Assembly: GCF_018531465.1 (NCBI RefSeq)
Contig: NZ_JAHDTF010000005.1
Coordinates: 262,574 to 286,573, forward strand
DNA: 24,000 bases
Reading direction: 5' to 3'
Source: Sphaerisporangium fuscum
GTDB lineage: Bacteria; Actinomycetota; Actinomycetes; Streptosporangiales; Streptosporangiaceae
How positions within the stretch are numbered: the stretch's first letter is position 1; every line of letters starts with the position of its first letter. The position numbers were made by a program, and so were the translations under genes. Below, one piece after another: positions 20,599 to 24,000 of the stretch. The notes under the pieces are model-generated. The model worked only from the letters and a program-made list of their open reading frames with translations. It was not told where the DNA came from and searched no databases.

Positions 20599-21804
20599 TC
20601 AGGAGGTGAAGGCGGCCAGGCCGATGGTCTGGAGAAGGGCGGAGTCGCCCTTGGTGGTGGAGTTGACCGAGGCGACGATGCGGCGCTGGAGGTCGCGGGT
20701 GGCGAACATCCCGGTGCTGTAGCCGTAACGGCTGCCCGTCTTTCCGTAGATGGTGGCGCCGCCGGTGAGCTTCATGACGGTCATGCCCATGGTGTAGGCG
20801 GCCGGCTTGTCGTTCCCGGGGTCGTCGTCTCCGTCGTACATGACCACGCCATCCCGGACGGTGAACATCTTCTCCAGTTGGGCGGGAGGGAGGAGGCGGC
20901 CCCGGAAGAGGGCGGTCATGAAGCGGTCCAGGTCGTCAGTGGTCGAGATCATCTCACCGGCGGCCCAGGTGATGCTCTGGCTCATCTCCGTCACGTCCAC
21001 CAGTTCGGTCTTCCCGTCCTCGCCCCTGACGGCCATGTACCCCTTGGCGTGCGGCCCGGGGATGCGGATGCCGTCGCCGGGCAGGGTGGTGTGCTTCAGG
21101 CCGAGCGGGCGGACGACCCGCTCGCGCACCACGTCCTCGTACGACCTGCCGGTGATCTTCTCGATGAGCATGCCGAGCAGGATGTAGTTGGTGTTCAGGT
21201 AGTGCTGCTTGGTACCGGGCGTGAACTCCATCGGGTTCTTCGCGACGCCCGCCATCCACTGCTCCGGCGTCCACTTGTCGTAGCGGTGGTCGAGGATCCA
21301 CTTGTCGTCGTCGGGGAAGGTCGGGGCGGGCAGGCCACTGGTGTGGTCGAGGAGCTGCCCGACCGTGACGGGCGGGAAGGCGGCGGGCAGCAGGCCGGGG
21401 AGGTACTCCTGGACGGTGCCCTCCAGGTCGACCTTCTTCTCGGCGACCAGCTGGAGGACGACGGTGGCGGTGAAGACCTTGGTCACGCTGCCGATCCGGA
21501 ACCTGGCGCCGTCCGGCACCGGCCGCCCGGTCTTCAGGTCGCCGACACCCGACTTGCCGGTCCAGGAACCGGCGGTGCCGCGCACCTGGACGAGGGCGCC
21601 GGTCGTCTGCGCGTTCGGGAGACCGGCGATGGAGGCGCACATCGCCTCGGCGTTCAGCGGAGGGAGCGAGGTCGCGCCGACGGCGCTCGTGGCCGCCGAG
21701 CACACGGGCCTCGGCGCCGGCGTGGCGGACGCCGCCAGTGCGGGAGAGAGGGACCCCGCCACCACGGTGGCGGCCAGGGCGAGGGTCACGACCGGCTTGT
21801 ACAT
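20599..21804 (-). CDS. Secreted serine hydrolase, beta-lactamase fold (S12 D-alanyl-D-alanine carboxypeptidase / R61-like)
   Basis: The signal peptide is MYKPVVTLALAATVVAGSLSPALAASA. The SxxK motif is in FRIGSVTKVFTATVVLQLV, and the YxN motif is in HYLNTNYILLG. GAGGAG lies 5 nt before ATG 21804; the track start (21897) is upstream of the SD. Confidence 0.85.
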   Translation of the reverse strand: MYKPVVTLALAATVVAGSLSPALAASATPAPRPVCSAATSAVGATSLPPLNAEAMCASIAGLPNAQTTGALVQVRGTAGSWTGKSGVGDLKTGRPVPDGARFRIGSVTKVFTATVVLQLVAEKKVDLEGTVQEYLPGLLPAAFPPVTVGQLLDHTSGLPAPTFPDDDKWILDHRYDKWTPEQWMAGVAKNPMEFTPGTKQHYLNTNYILLGMLIEKITGRSYEDVVRERVVRPLGLKHTTLPGDGIRIPGPHAKGYMAVRGEDGKTELVDVTEMSQSITWAAGEMISTTDDLDRFMTALFRGRLLPPAQLEKMFTVRDGVVMYDGDDDPGNDKPAAYTMGMTVMKLTGGATIYGKTGSRYGYSTGMFATRDLQRRIVASVNSTTKGDSALLQTIGLAAFTS

Positions 21805-21814
21805 ATCTGCTCCT

Positions 21815-21843
21815 CGATGGGATCTTCGTCGGTGATCCCATCG
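21815..21843 (-). promoter_or_regulatory. 10-bp perfect inverted repeat abutting the SD of the S12 hydrolase gene
   Basis: CGATGGGATC ttcgtcggt GATCCCATCG on the + strand. On the mRNA strand the 3' arm ends directly at the GAGGAG SD. Confidence 0.35.
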
Positions 21844-21985
21844 TTGCTTCGGCCGCCCTCGCGGCGGATCGCCTGTGCGAGCGGTCTTCCGACTCACCCG
21901 GCGGAGGGATCCGGCGGCCGACGGCCTCGCGCCACTCCCCCGGAAGGACGAGGCCCGGACCCGTGCGTATCGGCGGCTTCGATGG

Positions 21986-24000
21986 TCAACGGGCGGGCGG
22001 GAACGGCAGGGGGTGGGTGTGGAGGATGTCGAGGCGGGAGACGGCGCGGGTGAGGGCGACGTAGAGGCGGTTGAGGCCGCGGGGTTCGGCCTCGGCGATG
22101 GCGGCGGGCTCGGCGACGATGACGTGGTCGAACTCCAGGCCTTTGGCGAGGGTGGCGGGGACGATGGCCACCCGGGTGGCGGCGCCGAGCGTGGCGGGGC
22201 CGGTGACGGGGACGCCCTCCTTCTCCAGGGCGGTGGTCAGGTCGTCGGTGTGGGTGTCGGCGGCGATGACGGCGATCGAACCCTCGTACTCCAGGGCCTC
22301 CCGTACCGCGGCGACGACGGCGGCCTGCGGATCGGGCACCTGCCGGACGCGGAGCCTGCCGTCGGCGCGGAACGAACGCGTCAGGGGGACCTCCACGTCG
22401 AGCGCGGGAAGGAGGCGGTTGGCCAGCTCGACCACGGCGGCGGGGACGCGGAAGCCTGTGGTCAGCGCGACGACCTGCCCCTCCGGCTTGCCGAGGTGCG
22501 CCAGGTGCTCGCGCCAGTCGCGGGCGGCCCACGGTGTCGTGCCCTGGGCGAGGTCACCGAGCACGGTGATCGAGCCATGGGCGCTCCTGCGGGCGACGGC
22601 GCGGCACTGCATGGGCGACAGGTCCTGCGCCTCGTCGACGATCACGTGACCGTAGCGCGCCGGGCGCTCCAGCAGGCCCGCCACCTCGTCGATCAGCACC
22701 AGGTCGGCCGCCGACCACTTGGCGCTCCGATAGCTACGCGGCGGCCTCGTCCACAGGATCGCCGCCTGCTCCTCCTCGGTGAGGACCCCGGCGGCGGCCC
22801 TGGCGAGCACGGCCGGGTCGCCGAGCAGGCCGGCCACCACCTCCTCGGGGCGCGCCGCCGGCCACACCTCGTCCACGAACGGCGTGACCGCCCTGCCCAT
22901 CTTGCGGGTCCAGACGGCGTTCGGCGTGGCGCCGCGCGCTTCGGCGTGCCGCCGCAGCGCCTCCACAGTGCGCGAGATCACGCGTTCGCGCCCGACGGCG
23001 TACGGCAGGGCCTCGCGGCGGGTGTCGTCCACGATGCGGCGCAGGTCCTCCTCCGGGACGCGCCAGCGGTAGGAGCCGTCGGGGACGCTGATCGGCCGGG
23101 TGGGCTTGCGGACGCGCTCGTACAGCGCCCGGCGGAGGACGACCGCCATGCGCGCGTCGTGCTTGATCGCGGCCGCGGTGCCGGTGTCCGCGGCGAGCCT
23201 CACGACTGCGCCGTCGCCGGCCCGCTTCCCGGTCGTGGCGAGCGGTGCGCGAGCGAGCAGTTCGTCCACGGTGGTCTGCTCGACGTCGACCTCGCCGAGC
23301 GCGGGGAGCACGGCCGAGATGTACCCGAGGAACGCGCGGTTCGGGCCGAGGACCAGGACTCCCGCCCGCTGCAGCCGGTCGCGGTGGGCGTACAGGAGGT
23401 ACGCCGCCCGGTGCAGGCCGACGGCCGTCTTGCCGGTGCCCGGCGCGCCCTGCACGCAGATCGACTCCTCCAGCCCGGCGCGTACGAGCCGGTCCTGCTC
23501 GGGCTGGATGGTGGCGACGATGTCACGCATGGGGCCGACGCGGGGACGCTCGATCTCGGCCGCCATGATGCGGCTGGCGGAGCCGAGGTCCTCGCCCAGC
23601 TCCAGCCGTTCGTCCTCGAAACCGGTGAGCGTGGTGCCGGCCCAGCCGAAGCGGCGGCGCACGGACACGCCCTGCGGGTCGGCGGCACCGGCCTGGTAGA
23701 AGATCCGGGAGACGGGGGCGCGCCAGTCGATCACCACGGGCGGTTCGCCGGAGTCGCCGGAGATGTGCCGCCGGCCGATGTAGTAGCGCTGACCTCCGTG
23801 GTCGCCGGCGTCGGCGCCCCTGCCGAAGTCGAGCCGGCCGAAGAACGGCGGGCCGTCGGGGAGTTCGCCCAGCTCCTTGGCGAGGCTCTTGAGGTGGCGT
23901 CCGAGCCGCTCCGCGCTGTACCGGTCGCCCGCCACCTGCTCCCCCACGATGACGTTCAGCCGGGCGCCGTCGAGCATGCGGCGCAGACCCGTCCGGCACC
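21986..24000 (-). CDS. helD: HelD-like UvrD/Rep-superfamily ATPase (RNA polymerase recycling factor; HelR-type), 5' end outside the window
   Basis: FFGRLDF...YYIGRRHI...VIDWRAPVSRIFYQA, Walker A VQGAPGTGKTAVGLHRAAYLLY, Walker B HVIVDEAQDLSPMQ, and C-terminal VALTRAVSRLDILH. The frame stays open upstream of the first ATG (23977) to the window edge. Confidence 0.85.
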   Translation of the reverse strand, partial: CRTGLRRMLDGARLNVIVGEQVAGDRYSAERLGRHLKSLAKELGELPDGPPFFGRLDFGRGADAGDHGGQRYYIGRRHISGDSGEPPVVIDWRAPVSRIFYQAGAADPQGVSVRRRFGWAGTTLTGFEDERLELGEDLGSASRIMAAEIERPRVGPMRDIVATIQPEQDRLVRAGLEESICVQGAPGTGKTAVGLHRAAYLLYAHRDRLQRAGVLVLGPNRAFLGYISAVLPALGEVDVEQTTVDELLARAPLATTGKRAGDGAVVRLAADTGTAAAIKHDARMAVVLRRALYERVRKPTRPISVPDGSYRWRVPEEDLRRIVDDTRREALPYAVGRERVISRTVEALRRHAEARGATPNAVWTRKMGRAVTPFVDEVWPAARPEEVVAGLLGDPAVLARAAAGVLTEEEQAAILWTRPPRSYRSAKWSAADLVLIDEVAGLLERPARYGHVIVDEAQDLSPMQCRAVARRSAHGSITVLGDLAQGTTPWAARDWREHLAHLGKPEGQVVALTTGFRVPAAVVELANRLLPALDVEVPLTRSFRADGRLRVRQVPDPQAAVVAAVREALEYEGSIAVIAADTHTDDLTTALEKEGVPVTGPATLGAATRVAIVPATLAKGLEFDHVIVAEPAAIAEAEPRGLNRLYVALTRAVSRLDILHTHPLPFPPAR

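Noticed and set aside
20494-22053. 519-aa + strand ORF opposite the S12 hydrolase
   Set aside because: This is an antisense shadow ORF. The minus frame has the signal peptide and the SxxK and YxN motifs.
1-24000. Search for CRISPR arrays, tRNA/rRNA genes, IS elements or transposases, and integrases
   Set aside because: I saw no regularly spaced short repeats, no tRNA-like T-arm or anticodon-arm pattern, no rRNA-like low-GC3-independent conserved blocks, and no DDE, serine or tyrosine recombinase motifs in any frame. The only repeats are those listed as features.

Overview
This is a very GC-rich actinomycete chromosomal segment (Streptomyces- or Streptosporangiales-like). Frames were chosen by the strong GC3 bias and by recognisable motifs. 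I support about 24 protein-coding genes. I found no rRNA, tRNA, CRISPR array, transposase or integrase. Left to right, the window holds: a partial TrmB-like regulator divergent from a 1281-aa secreted S8 protease; a TetR-controlled pair (small membrane protein plus a flavoprotein disulfide oxidoreductase) with twin palindromic operators; a SpoIIE/PP2C phosphatase translationally coupled to a B12-binding-domain protein that has no DNA-binding domain; a DUF2992/YjdF-like gene; a membrane protein; and an alpha/beta hydrolase. Next comes a 2.27-kb cassette bracketed by about 230-bp, roughly 98%-identical direct repeats that duplicate a small membrane-protein gene. The cassette carries an HTH-DUF433/PIN-like TA-type pair and an XRE-HTH/DUF2975 pair. 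After it come two beta-lactamase-fold serine hydrolases, a nitroreductase, a WhiJ/BldB/AbaA-type triad whose XRE gene has an in-frame TAA, and a HelD-like helicase that runs off the right edge. The most interesting locus is 19151-20533. It encodes a catalytically intact E1-like (ThiF/MoeB/MccB-type) adenylyltransferase with an N-terminal RRE-like domain. A well-supported 35-codon ORF follows it and ends in Asn, with its own Shine-Dalgarno (SD) sequence and terminator hairpin. This could be a minimal microcin-C-like or novel E1-dependent RiPP module. It lacks the usual exporter and immunity genes and has no YcaO. All family assignments come from motif recognition by eye, and no database search was run.
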